Sequence record: NC_006883.2
DNA length: 64,000 nt
Direction: 5' to 3' (one strand)
Shown: piece by piece, positions 49,799 through 58,013 of the stretch
Layout of the letters: each line of letters begins with the position of its first letter
How positions within the stretch are numbered: position 1 is the stretch's first letter
Notes under the pieces: model-generated
Database searches by the model: none
Told to the model about the DNA's origin: nothing
The model's input: the letters and a program-made list of their open reading frames with translations, nothing else
Translations under genes and position numbers: made by a program

Positions 49799-50214
49799 TG
49801 CAGAACGATATTGTTTGGTGCAACGGCACATTCGATATTCTTCATCCAGGACACATAGAACTATTCAAGGTTGCTAGATCTCTAGGAGACAAAGTAATAG
49901 TTGCTACGGATACGGATGAGAAGATTCGTACTGACAAAGGTGAGCATCGCCCTATAAACGATCTTTGTTATAGGGTTGCTATGCTTGAGGCAATCAAGTA
50001 TATTGATGTGGTACATACCTTTGGTAGTAGGAAAGAGTTAGAGGATCTAATTGAACTATACCAACCTGATATATTATTACTTGGTGATGATTGGAGGGAT
50101 GGTGATGTAGTTGGTTGGGAACACGCTGGTGAGGTAAGACATCTTCCTAGAGTAGGTGGATATGCCAGCAGTAATGTCATCAAAAAGATTAATGAAAGTA
50201 CTGTTACTGGGTGA
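49798..50214 (+). CDS. Sugar-phosphate nucleotidyltransferase (RfaE/HldE domain II-like)
   Basis: NGTFDILHPGH, KGEHRPIN, SSNVIKKI. Confidence 0.88.
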   Translation: MQNDIVWCNGTFDILHPGHIELFKVARSLGDKVIVATDTDEKIRTDKGEHRPINDLCYRVAMLEAIKYIDVVHTFGSRKELEDLIELYQPDILLLGDDWRDGDVVGWEHAGEVRHLPRVGGYASSNVIKKINESTVTG

Positions 50215-50932
50215 TAGTTGTGAAGATGAGTACATCTATGGTAGGTGTACTAGGTTAAGTCCAGAGGCTCCTGTACCTGTATTAGATTATGCTAAGTTAC
50301 AAACTAAATCTGGTATGGCAGGTAACGTTTGTTTAAACTTACAATCATTTGGTCTTGACATAACATTTTTAACTAACCCTGAGAAGATAGTAAAGACAAG
50401 ATTTATTGATGAGAAATCAAATCAACAGATACTCAGAGTTGATAATGAGACTAGAGTAAAACCTTTATTGGTTCCTGTAGCAACAAATAGTTTTGATGCA
50501 GTTGTTATTTCGGATTATAATAAAGGGTATCTACCTACAGAAAAGATATTTGAAATTGTAGAGAGTGCAACTTGCCCTGTTTTTATTGATAGTAAGAAAA
50601 CTGTTCTTCCTAACAAAGAGAATTGCTTTGTTAAGATAAATGATGTAGAATATGAGAAGTTACAGCATGATTGTTATATTGATAATCTGATAGTAACGAA
50701 AGGATCTCAAGGATGTGTTTACAAACAAACTTTATATCCAGCAGAGAAAGTAAATGTATATGATGTAGTTGGTGCTGGAGATACTTTTCTTTCAGCATTA
50801 GTCTATGGGTATATAACTACTAACAACATAGATGAATCCCTTATGATGGGAAATAGAGCAGCAGCGATTGCAGTTCAACAACCAGGAACTTACATTTTAA
50901 CAGAGGAAGATGTCCAAAAGATACTGTATTGA
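50192..50932 (+). CDS. PfkB-type sugar kinase (RfaE/HldE domain I-like)
   Basis: GDSCEDEYIYG..RLSPEAPVPV, ISDYNKG, DVVGAGDT. Confidence 0.9.
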   Translation: MKVLLLGDSCEDEYIYGRCTRLSPEAPVPVLDYAKLQTKSGMAGNVCLNLQSFGLDITFLTNPEKIVKTRFIDEKSNQQILRVDNETRVKPLLVPVATNSFDAVVISDYNKGYLPTEKIFEIVESATCPVFIDSKKTVLPNKENCFVKINDVEYEKLQHDCYIDNLIVTKGSQGCVYKQTLYPAEKVNVYDVVGAGDTFLSALVYGYITTNNIDESLMMGNRAAAIAVQQPGTYILTEEDVQKILY

Positions 50933-51254
50933 TATTGATGGTACAATTTGTACTCCAACTGTGGGTAGGGATTACCATAAAGCACAACCTTGGCAAGATC
51001 GTATTGCAAAAATAAATAATTTATATGATGAAGGTCATTATATTATCTACTTTACTGCTAGAGCGATGGGTAGATTTTCAGACCAACCTCATTCTATTGC
51101 TTCTGTAAAAGCAGAAGGAGTTCTATTTGATCTTACAAAGGATCAATTGGATGAGTGGGGATGTAAGTATAATGAATTGATTATGGGTAAACCTCATGCA
51201 GATTTATTCATAGATGACAAAGGAATTAACTGTGATGACTTCTTCAGAGATTAA
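50910..51254 (+). CDS. Minimal HAD-family phosphatase
   Basis: IDIDGTIC, GKPHADLFIDDK. Confidence 0.85.
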   Translation: MSKRYCIDIDGTICTPTVGRDYHKAQPWQDRIAKINNLYDEGHYIIYFTARAMGRFSDQPHSIASVKAEGVLFDLTKDQLDEWGCKYNELIMGKPHADLFIDDKGINCDDFFRD

Positions 51255-51591
51255 ATTTGTTCCTAAAGGATGGGGTTACGAGAAGTGGATATGTAATACC
51301 CCAGAATATTGTGGTAAACTTTTATTCTTTGCTAAAGGTAAGAGATGCTCTTGGCATTATCATCTTTTAAAAGATGAAACATTTTTCTTACAGTCAGGTA
51401 AGATACATCTCTTTTATGGTTTTGATAATAATATAGGATTGTCCGAGAGTATAGTTTTAGAACCAGGTGATAAATTTCATATTGAAAGAAAGATGAGACA
51501 TCAAATGTATGCTATGGAGGATTCAGAACTCTTTGAGTTTTCTACACAGCATTTTGATGAAGATTCACACAGGATCTTTAGAGGAGATTAA
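51235..51591 (+). CDS. Cupin (sugar isomerase-like)
   Basis: SWHYHLLKDETF...RHQM metal-binding cupin motifs. Confidence 0.8.
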   Translation: MTSSEIKFVPKGWGYEKWICNTPEYCGKLLFFAKGKRCSWHYHLLKDETFFLQSGKIHLFYGFDNNIGLSESIVLEPGDKFHIERKMRHQMYAMEDSELFEFSTQHFDEDSHRIFRGD

Positions 51592-52396
51592 GATATTGTG
51601 CTACATTTATAAACTGATAGTCCCATACCTTCTCTGCGATAGTTAGATATTGATATTTTCCTTTTAGATGTTCTGGGAATGGAACATATTCTATTTCCCC
51701 ATTATATTTTGCTGCTATTAATTCAGCAACAAGTTTAAAACTAATTGGGTTACTGGTTCCAAGATCATAGATCCCAGATGGTTTGTCATTATTAAGAACG
51801 ACTTCTACTATATCTCCAACCCAAATAAAATCTCTTAGATACTTACCTGAACCTTCAAATAGTTTTAGTTTACCTGTTTCCTTTACTTGTTTGGTAAACT
51901 TATGTACTGGACTTGCTTGGTCTCCTTTTTTATCTTCTCCTTCTCCATACACATTAAAGTATCTAAAACTTTGAATAGATGAGAACTTTTCTAGGTTGTC
52001 TTGAATGTAATAATCTATTTGTAATTTGGTAATAGCATAGTAATTTAATGGAGATATTTTATTGGGAGTACTTCCCATCAAACTCTTTCTTGTATTACCA
52101 TATACCGATGCAGATGAGGCAAATTTAACATCTATTTGATGCTCTATTGCCCTCTCAAACAGTTCTATAGTGAACCAAACATTAGTTCTATGGAGTTTAT
52201 CTATATCTGTTTCTGTTGTTGCTGAGATCGCTCCTTGGTGTAGTATAAGGGATACCTTATCCCAGTCCTTAAAATATGCTATCCAATCCCAACAATCATG
52301 CTCATCAACCGTGACGATTTCTTCATCAGAATGTTCTATTAGATACTTAAGAAAGTTCTGACCTATAAATCCTTTTGCTCCTGTTAATATAATCAT
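51578..52396 (-). CDS. rfaD: ADP-L-glycero-D-manno-heptose 6-epimerase-like (HldD/RfaD)
   Basis: TGAKGFIG, HQGAISATTETD, FASSASVYG, PLNYYAITK, FRYFNVYGEGEDKKGDQAS. Confidence 0.85.
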   Translation of the reverse strand: MIILTGAKGFIGQNFLKYLIEHSDEEIVTVDEHDCWDWIAYFKDWDKVSLILHQGAISATTETDIDKLHRTNVWFTIELFERAIEHQIDVKFASSASVYGNTRKSLMGSTPNKISPLNYYAITKLQIDYYIQDNLEKFSSIQSFRYFNVYGEGEDKKGDQASPVHKFTKQVKETGKLKLFEGSGKYLRDFIWVGDIVEVVLNNDKPSGIYDLGTSNPISFKLVAELIAAKYNGEIEYVPFPEHLKGKYQYLTIAEKVWDYQFINVAQYLNLL

Positions 52397-52890
52397 GGTG
52401 TAAATAATAGATTAAATGATGCTACTATTCTTTTCCCCTTTGATGGGGGTACTTCGTGATTCACTATAGATGGGAATAATAATAACATACCATTTTTTGG
52501 TTCAATTGTAAAATTATTCTCAAATATTATAGGTGAACTATTTTCTTCTACATCTATGTAGTATACACCTGACAGACCTCCTGGCCAATGATTATGTTTT
52601 ACTGCATGATTTCCTTTTTCATATTCCATCACCCAAAAATTTAAGGGATGTAAATTACAATTCATTTTTAAAAACTCTTGACTTTTTTTTAATATTTTAT
52701 CAATTAGAATCCTAAATCTTGGTTCTTTATAATGAGTATCAAAATGACTGTGCCATGCTTTTACATTACTATTATCTGATTCTGGATATTTTGTTCTAAA
52801 ATCAGATATAATCTTTTTTAATTTATTATTTAATTCTTGATAATCATCAAGAGTGTATATTCCAATTTCCGTTTCTGTTAATATAATCAT
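52393..52890 (-). CDS. 2OG-Fe(II) oxygenase (TIGR02466-like)
   Basis: HNHWPGGLSGVYY, LLLFPSIVNHEV, RIVASFN. Confidence 0.8.
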   Translation of the reverse strand: MIILTETEIGIYTLDDYQELNNKLKKIISDFRTKYPESDNSNVKAWHSHFDTHYKEPRFRILIDKILKKSQEFLKMNCNLHPLNFWVMEYEKGNHAVKHNHWPGGLSGVYYIDVEENSSPIIFENNFTIEPKNGMLLLFPSIVNHEVPPSKGKRIVASFNLLFTP

Positions 52891-52903
52891 TATAAATATT
52901 TAA
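52891..52903. promoter_or_regulatory. Overlapping divergent late-type promoters
   Basis: TATAAATA (+) at 52891-52898 and TTTAAATA (-) at 52896-52903, in a 30-bp gap between divergent genes. Confidence 0.5.
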
Positions 52904-52920
52904 AATTATTGTGTGTTTAA

Positions 52921-54435
52921 ATGGCATTTGGACTGTTAAACAGCATTATACCACAAACTGGAACAGTTACTACTCTTCATACTGGAGATACTGATAAGTT
53001 AACTGTAGGTAAGATAACCGTTGGTAGTAAGAATTATAATCCATCTAGGATACAGATTGGATATAAAGACGGTACTGGTGACGTAAAGTATTTTGAGTAC
53101 AATAGATATATTAAGTATGGTGAAGTAATAGAAACTGAGAATCTTTATTTAGGTGCTGGACAAGATTTAGTTATAAGATCAACTGAACCTGATGTAAACT
53201 TTTTATTTTATGGTGAAACTAGTAATGATGTTATAAATCCTGTAAGATCGGGTGTATTAAGTCATACTTTATCTACTGGTGCAACAAAACAAGCATTGTT
53301 TACTGCTCCTGTAGGATCTCAGTCTAAAGTAACAGTATCTATCTGTAATTTAGGACCTGATGTAGCAACAGTAAAACTTGGTCTTTCAAATGGTAATTTA
53401 GCACTATTTGATGCTACAGAATATTTAGATTTTGGTTTTCAAATAGGACCAGGTCAAACATATACTAGACCTGATATTAAATTGGGGGAAGGGCAGTCTT
53501 TAATTGGATTTTCTAATCCCAATTCAAAGGTAACATTCCTTTGTCATGGTAAATTATTCTATGAAGTAAGTGGATTACCTACGAGTGATGATTTTGTTGT
53601 TCTTGGTAACTCTAGGTTTGATGGTAATGTTGGTGTAGGAAGATCTGCTACTGTAAAATTAGATGTAGTTGGTGATGCAATTATTACTGGTAATACTATT
53701 ATTGGTGGTGATGCAAAGATTAAGACTACAAATTATAATGAAGATATTGATAATGTTAGAAATGTAAGATCTATAGGAATATCTACATTCACGGGTGATT
53801 TTACTATCAAAGGTGATACTACTGATATACAATCTTCTACATTAAAAACAAAATCTATTGATATTGTTTTAGGTAATACCACAACAGGATCTTTTACTGG
53901 AAATGTATCTGCTGGATCAAGTCATATTACCAATGTTTTACCTACAGATAACCTAGCAAAGGATATTGTTATTACTCCAACAAGTCTTCCTGGTGGATTA
54001 AATATTACTGGATCACCAACGGTTCTATCGATAGGTTCTTCAACTGTTAATATAAATCAAACGGTTTCTGGTAATGGATCTGGTCTTGCAACATTCAATA
54101 TATCAGCACCTTCAGATGAGATTGCTAATAATGGTGGAATTATCATTAAAGGAACTACTGACAAATCTATACTATGGAAAAATTCTTCAGGTAGATTTGA
54201 GTTTAGTAATGGTGCTACTTTAAAAACTGGAATACTTCAAATAGTAGATGCAGCATCAGAAATTACAATTGGATCTACAACTGTTATTACTGCTAATAAG
54301 GTTTTTGGTAGATTACTTACCGATTTAATTGAAGATGGTAATGATACTACAAATTATATTCCAACAGCAATAGCAGTTACTAAGAGATCAAGGCAAGTAT
54401 CAGCAGAAGGATATTTTGCATCAAATTCAATATAA
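52921..54435 (+). CDS. Virion structural protein with two N-terminal beta-sandwich repeats
   Basis: Two ~100-aa repeats similar to 43247..43567, then a Thr/Gly-rich fibre-like region. Confidence 0.7.
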   Translation: MAFGLLNSIIPQTGTVTTLHTGDTDKLTVGKITVGSKNYNPSRIQIGYKDGTGDVKYFEYNRYIKYGEVIETENLYLGAGQDLVIRSTEPDVNFLFYGETSNDVINPVRSGVLSHTLSTGATKQALFTAPVGSQSKVTVSICNLGPDVATVKLGLSNGNLALFDATEYLDFGFQIGPGQTYTRPDIKLGEGQSLIGFSNPNSKVTFLCHGKLFYEVSGLPTSDDFVVLGNSRFDGNVGVGRSATVKLDVVGDAIITGNTIIGGDAKIKTTNYNEDIDNVRNVRSIGISTFTGDFTIKGDTTDIQSSTLKTKSIDIVLGNTTTGSFTGNVSAGSSHITNVLPTDNLAKDIVITPTSLPGGLNITGSPTVLSIGSSTVNINQTVSGNGSGLATFNISAPSDEIANNGGIIIKGTTDKSILWKNSSGRFEFSNGATLKTGILQIVDAASEITIGSTTVITANKVFGRLLTDLIEDGNDTTNYIPTAIAVTKRSRQVSAEGYFASNSI

Positions 54436-54483
54436 TTTGTGTTATAATAACTACTAAATAATTTTTTAAAACTAATATCGAAA

Positions 54484-54732
54484 ATGAATTTTACGATTTA
54501 TAGTAGGGAAGGTTGCCCATATTGTGATAAAGTAAAGGAAGTGATGAGGTTGACAAAACTAGAACATGTTGTGTATAATCTAGAGGATGATTTTACACGA
54601 GAAGATTTTTATGCCGAGTTTGGTCAAGGATCAACATTTCCCCAAGTAGTCTGCGATGACACAGGAGAAAGGCAAAAAGTTGGCGGTTGCACAGAGACTG
54701 TCAAATTTCTTAGAGAAAATAAAATCGTCTAA
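54484..54732 (+). CDS. Glutaredoxin (T4 NrdC-like)
   Basis: YSREGCPYC, TFPQV, GGCTE. Confidence 0.92.
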   Translation: MNFTIYSREGCPYCDKVKEVMRLTKLEHVVYNLEDDFTREDFYAEFGQGSTFPQVVCDDTGERQKVGGCTETVKFLRENKIV

Positions 54733-54738
54733 GAAACC

Positions 54739-54746
54739 TATAAATA
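54739..54746 (+). promoter_or_regulatory. T4-type late promoter
   Basis: TATAAATA. Confidence 0.65.
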
Positions 54747-54850
54747 AACCAGATTATGATATTGATCGTGGTTTTGAATTCATTCTAACGGGAGGTAAAA
54801 AGCAAAGTAAACCATTACATATCACCACACTCACCATAGGAGGCAGACAG

Positions 54851-55066
54851 ATGTTAGCGATAAGTTTAGTTTTCGGGTCTTTTCTAACGATACTGTTTCT
54901 CATAGTAGGAGCGATTGGTGGATGGGTTGCCAGAGAATACTTTATGAACTATCATGATGTTAAAGTACATCCTGAAATGTTTGATGGTAATGGTAATTTA
55001 CTTCCCGACGAAATTGTAGCATTTAGATTTGAAAATTATGACAACAACGAAGAAGACGACGACTAG
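54851..55066 (+). CDS. Conserved cyanophage membrane protein
   Basis: AGGAGG RBS; TM segment then HPEMFDGNGNLLPDEIVAFRFE. Confidence 0.7.
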   Translation: MLAISLVFGSFLTILFLIVGAIGGWVAREYFMNYHDVKVHPEMFDGNGNLLPDEIVAFRFENYDNNEEDDD

Positions 55067-55661
55067 AAAGAAAGCGTCAACAACTAAAAAGGTTACTGCA
55101 ACAAAACCTAAAGCAGCACCTCAGAAGGTTCCTGATTTACCAAGGAATCCTTTTGCATATGAGGTTCTTAATGCTGCTTCTAAAATGAGAAGCAATGCAA
55201 AGAAGATAGAAGTCCTCCAAAGATACGGTGATCCTTCTTTAAAGGCAGTGTTTATATGGAATTTTGATGAAACAATTGAAACTCTTTTACCAGAGGGAGA
55301 AGTTCCTTATGGTAGTAATATAGAAGATGAAACCCAATCAGGTTCATTATCAGGTAAGATAGATGATGCTGTTGGTAAAATGACTGAAATGGGAAGTGCT
55401 TCTCTTGGATCACAAGACCAAGGTCAGACATCTATTCGTAAAGAATATAGTAAGTTTTATAATTTTTTAAAAGGTGGAAATCCTGGTATGAGTTCTCTTC
55501 GTAGAGAATCTATGTTTATTAACATACTTCAAGGATTACATCCATTAGAGGCAGAGATTCTTATATTAGTTAAGGATGGTAAATTAACTGATAAGTATAA
55601 GATTACAAAGGAAAATGTATCTGAAGCATATCCTGATATTACATGGGGAGGAAGAGGATGA
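55038..55661 (+). CDS. Conserved T4-like cyanophage hypothetical protein
   Basis: LIWNFD..LP.GEVPY..RRESMFINILQGLHP.EAEIL pattern. Confidence 0.75.
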   Translation: MTTTKKTTTRKKASTTKKVTATKPKAAPQKVPDLPRNPFAYEVLNAASKMRSNAKKIEVLQRYGDPSLKAVFIWNFDETIETLLPEGEVPYGSNIEDETQSGSLSGKIDDAVGKMTEMGSASLGSQDQGQTSIRKEYSKFYNFLKGGNPGMSSLRRESMFINILQGLHPLEAEILILVKDGKLTDKYKITKENVSEAYPDITWGGRG

Positions 55662-56029
55662 GTAAAGAAACTACAGAAGCTACAGAAACTGCAGAGTTAA
55701 AAAAACCTGTAAAGAAAGAGGAGATTTGGACTACTGAAGAAAAAAGTAAGATTAAATCTCAATATGGATGTGAAATGTTAGTTGAGAATGGATCTCTTCA
55801 GGATGTTTCTGCATTGGATGCACCTACAGATGCATATATTATAACCTATACCCTAGATGATCAGGTTAAATATGATTTGACTAGAGGAACTAAAACTAAC
55901 TTATTTGATATGTATTATGATAAGTTTAAAAAAGGTTTAAGGGATATTCAATATGGTCAAGGAACTGTGAGTCCAAAACTATGGGGATATAGGAATAAGC
56001 AAACAGGGAAGAAGAAAAGAAGAAAGTAA
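55658..56029 (+). CDS. Conserved cyanophage hypothetical protein
   Basis: ATGA-coupled ORF. Confidence 0.7.
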   Translation: MSKETTEATETAELKKPVKKEEIWTTEEKSKIKSQYGCEMLVENGSLQDVSALDAPTDAYIITYTLDDQVKYDLTRGTKTNLFDMYYDKFKKGLRDIQYGQGTVSPKLWGYRNKQTGKKKRRK

Positions 56030-56032
56030 AAA

Positions 56033-56623
56033 ATGTCCCAATTACATCCTCTTTTTCCAACTTTTGTATGGGAAACTCATTTGGGGTTAGATAAAGATGC
56101 TTTGGTATCTGCCATTAAAGAATTTAGTGAAGAAAATGAATCTGTTGATTTCACTAATAGAGATGGTGGATATCAGGCACATGGTTTTAATTATCCATTA
56201 TTAACTGATGCTATAAAGAATAATGTACCTACTAATTCTGATTTAGAGGATCTGGGTAAGTTGCATCTTCATACTTGGGTTAATATTAATAATAGTGGAT
56301 CTTATAATGTTAGACATGATCATACAGATGGTATAATTCTTTTATCTGGGTGCTATTATGTCTCTGTACCAGAAAATTCTGGGAATATTAAATTTCATGA
56401 TCCTAGATCTGAGATTATACACTCAATGGCAGATGCTAGATATTATCAATATGATAGAAGTGTTGAGTTAATACCAGAAGACGATTTGATATATTATTTT
56501 CCTTCTTGGTTACAGCACGAAGTAGGATCTAGTAAGAGTGATGATGAAAGAATTTCTATTGCTTTTAATTTGATACGTAAACCTGATGTGGATAGGTATT
56601 GTAATGTGTATAAGTACGAGTGA
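56033..56623 (+). CDS. 2OG-Fe(II) oxygenase (TIGR02466-like)
   Basis: PLFPT, HDHTD..LSGCYY, FPSWLQHEV, RISIAFN. Confidence 0.87.
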   Translation: MSQLHPLFPTFVWETHLGLDKDALVSAIKEFSEENESVDFTNRDGGYQAHGFNYPLLTDAIKNNVPTNSDLEDLGKLHLHTWVNINNSGSYNVRHDHTDGIILLSGCYYVSVPENSGNIKFHDPRSEIIHSMADARYYQYDRSVELIPEDDLIYYFPSWLQHEVGSSKSDDERISIAFNLIRKPDVDRYCNVYKYE

Positions 56624-56753
56624 AACGAAATTCGACTTTTAATTCCAAAATATGCCGACAAAAAATTCGGCAATTTTTTTGCTCTGTAGGGTCGATGTAG
56701 TAAAAAGACATATTGACTTGACTAAATAATTAAAATGTGTTATTATTAACACA

Positions 56754-56802
56754 ATCGTTCAACCTGATACATTCAGGTCGCAAGTAAGCCGACTCGGAAC
56801 GG
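56754..56802 (+). ncRNA. Glutamine riboswitch aptamer 1 (glnA-type motif)
   Basis: ATCGTTC..ACCTGA/TCAGGT stem..CGCAAGT..CCG/CGG..GAACGG; P1 CGTTC/GAACG. Confidence 0.7.
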
Positions 56803-56972
56803 ATCGTTCATCTCATGGACATACTACTCGCTACTATTTTAACTTGTGAAGAGGCAAAGGGGATTATCACTAAGATATCACCTTCGACTCAATATAGAAC
56901 CGAATTGGTTCAAATGGTAAGAGGTAGCACTCAAGGATGTTTATGGGACGCAGAAGTTGACTAAAGGAACGG
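56803..56972 (+). ncRNA. Glutamine riboswitch aptamer 2 with ~130-nt expanded P2 loop
   Basis: ATCGTTCA-TCTC (56803-56814) ... GGGA-CGCAGAAGTTGACTAAAGGAACGG (56945-56972). Confidence 0.6.
56815..56964 (+). CDS. 49-aa ORF nested inside aptamer 2 (not in track)
   Basis: MDILLATILTCEEAKGIITKISPSTQYRTELVQMVRGSTQGCLWDAEVD*. Confidence 0.55.
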   Translation: MDILLATILTCEEAKGIITKISPSTQYRTELVQMVRGSTQGCLWDAEVD

Positions 56973-57003
56973 ATTAAAACCCCTACTACTTTGGAGAAAC
57001 CCA

Positions 57004-57150
57004 ATGGCAAAAGTCACTTATCGTGGTGTCACATACGACACTGAGCATCGTCCTAATCAGGCAACACAACCAACAGAGCATCAAGAATCTTACCGTGGTG
57101 TAAAATTCCTTGTTGATTCTGAAGGACACAAACGTGTTCTTGTTGCTTAA
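57004..57150 (+). CDS. DUF4278-type peptide (related to the GifB/IF17 N-terminal region; not in track)
   Basis: MAKVTYRGVTYD...SYRGVKF, two YRGV motifs; GGAGA RBS. Confidence 0.8.
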   Translation: MAKVTYRGVTYDTEHRPNQATQPTEHQESYRGVKFLVDSEGHKRVLVA

Positions 57151-57175
57151 TTCTAGGAATAGCTAAAAAGAAAGG

Positions 57176-57201
57176 GAAGGGGTTGTACCCCTTCTTTTTT
57201 T
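57176..57201 (+). terminator. Rho-independent terminator
   Basis: GAAGGGG-ttgta-CCCCTTC plus T-run; followed by TATGCTATAAT (-10). Confidence 0.8.
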
Positions 57202-57231
57202 ATGCTATAATATACTCAAAATATATTACTA

Positions 57232-57366
57232 ATGACTAGTAGATCAACAATACTAATTCAAACACTTGAATACTGGATTGGTCAAAAGCATCTTCATACA
57301 GAACAAAAACTTGAAGATATGAAAGCACAGTTGAGAGTAATTAGAGAGGAACTTAATGGACGTTAA
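57232..57366 (+). CDS. 44-aa hypothetical protein (not in track)
   Basis: MTSRSTILIQTLEYWIGQKHLHTEQKLEDMKAQLRVIREELNGR*. Confidence 0.5.
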   Translation: MTSRSTILIQTLEYWIGQKHLHTEQKLEDMKAQLRVIREELNGR

Positions 57367-57991
57367 ATTTGTAAGTATCACTCCTGATGCTGAGAAGATG
57401 ATGGCGTATATCGCTAGGGTATCAAATCCATCAAATCAGCAAAATGAGAATTATTCGGGGTTATTAAAGTATTGTATTAAACATAATCATTGGAGTGTAT
57501 TTGAACAATCCTCAATGACTCTTGAAATCGAGACTACGAGGGGATTAGCGGCCCAGATTTTGAGGCATAGGAGCTTCACATTTCAGGAGTTTTCTCAGAG
57601 ATATGCTGATACAAAACTCTTAGATACTGAGATACCTGTACCAGATCTCCGCAGTCAGGACTTAAAGAATCGTCAGAATAGTAATGATGATATTCCACAG
57701 GAGAAAAAAGAGGAGTATCAGGCACTAATCGCAAGACACTTTGAGGATTCAATGAATCTTTATAATGCTTTACTATCTGAGGGAGTTGCAAAGGAATGTG
57801 CTAGATTTGTGCTTCCACTTGCCACTCCAACCCGTCTGTATATGACTGGTTCGTGCCGTTCTTGGATTCACTACATTAATTTGAGATCTGCACACGGTAC
57901 ACAGAGAGAGCATATGGATGTTGTGGAAAAGGCAAGATCTATCTTTACCGAACAATTTCCTTCGGTTTCCGAAGCCCTTGGATGGGTCTAA
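57356..57991 (+). CDS. thyX: Flavin-dependent thymidylate synthase
   Basis: HWSVFE, QILRHRSFTFQEFSQRY, ECARFVLP, WIHYINLRS. Confidence 0.96.
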   Translation: MDVKFVSITPDAEKMMAYIARVSNPSNQQNENYSGLLKYCIKHNHWSVFEQSSMTLEIETTRGLAAQILRHRSFTFQEFSQRYADTKLLDTEIPVPDLRSQDLKNRQNSNDDIPQEKKEEYQALIARHFEDSMNLYNALLSEGVAKECARFVLPLATPTRLYMTGSCRSWIHYINLRSAHGTQREHMDVVEKARSIFTEQFPSVSEALGWV

Positions 57992-58013
57992 ATAAGTTAC
58001 TTAGTTTATTGAT

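Noticed and set aside
54656-54850. N-terminal extension of the 54656..55066 ORF
   Set aside because: It overlaps the glutaredoxin and spans a late promoter; the ATG at 54851 has a strong AGGAGG RBS
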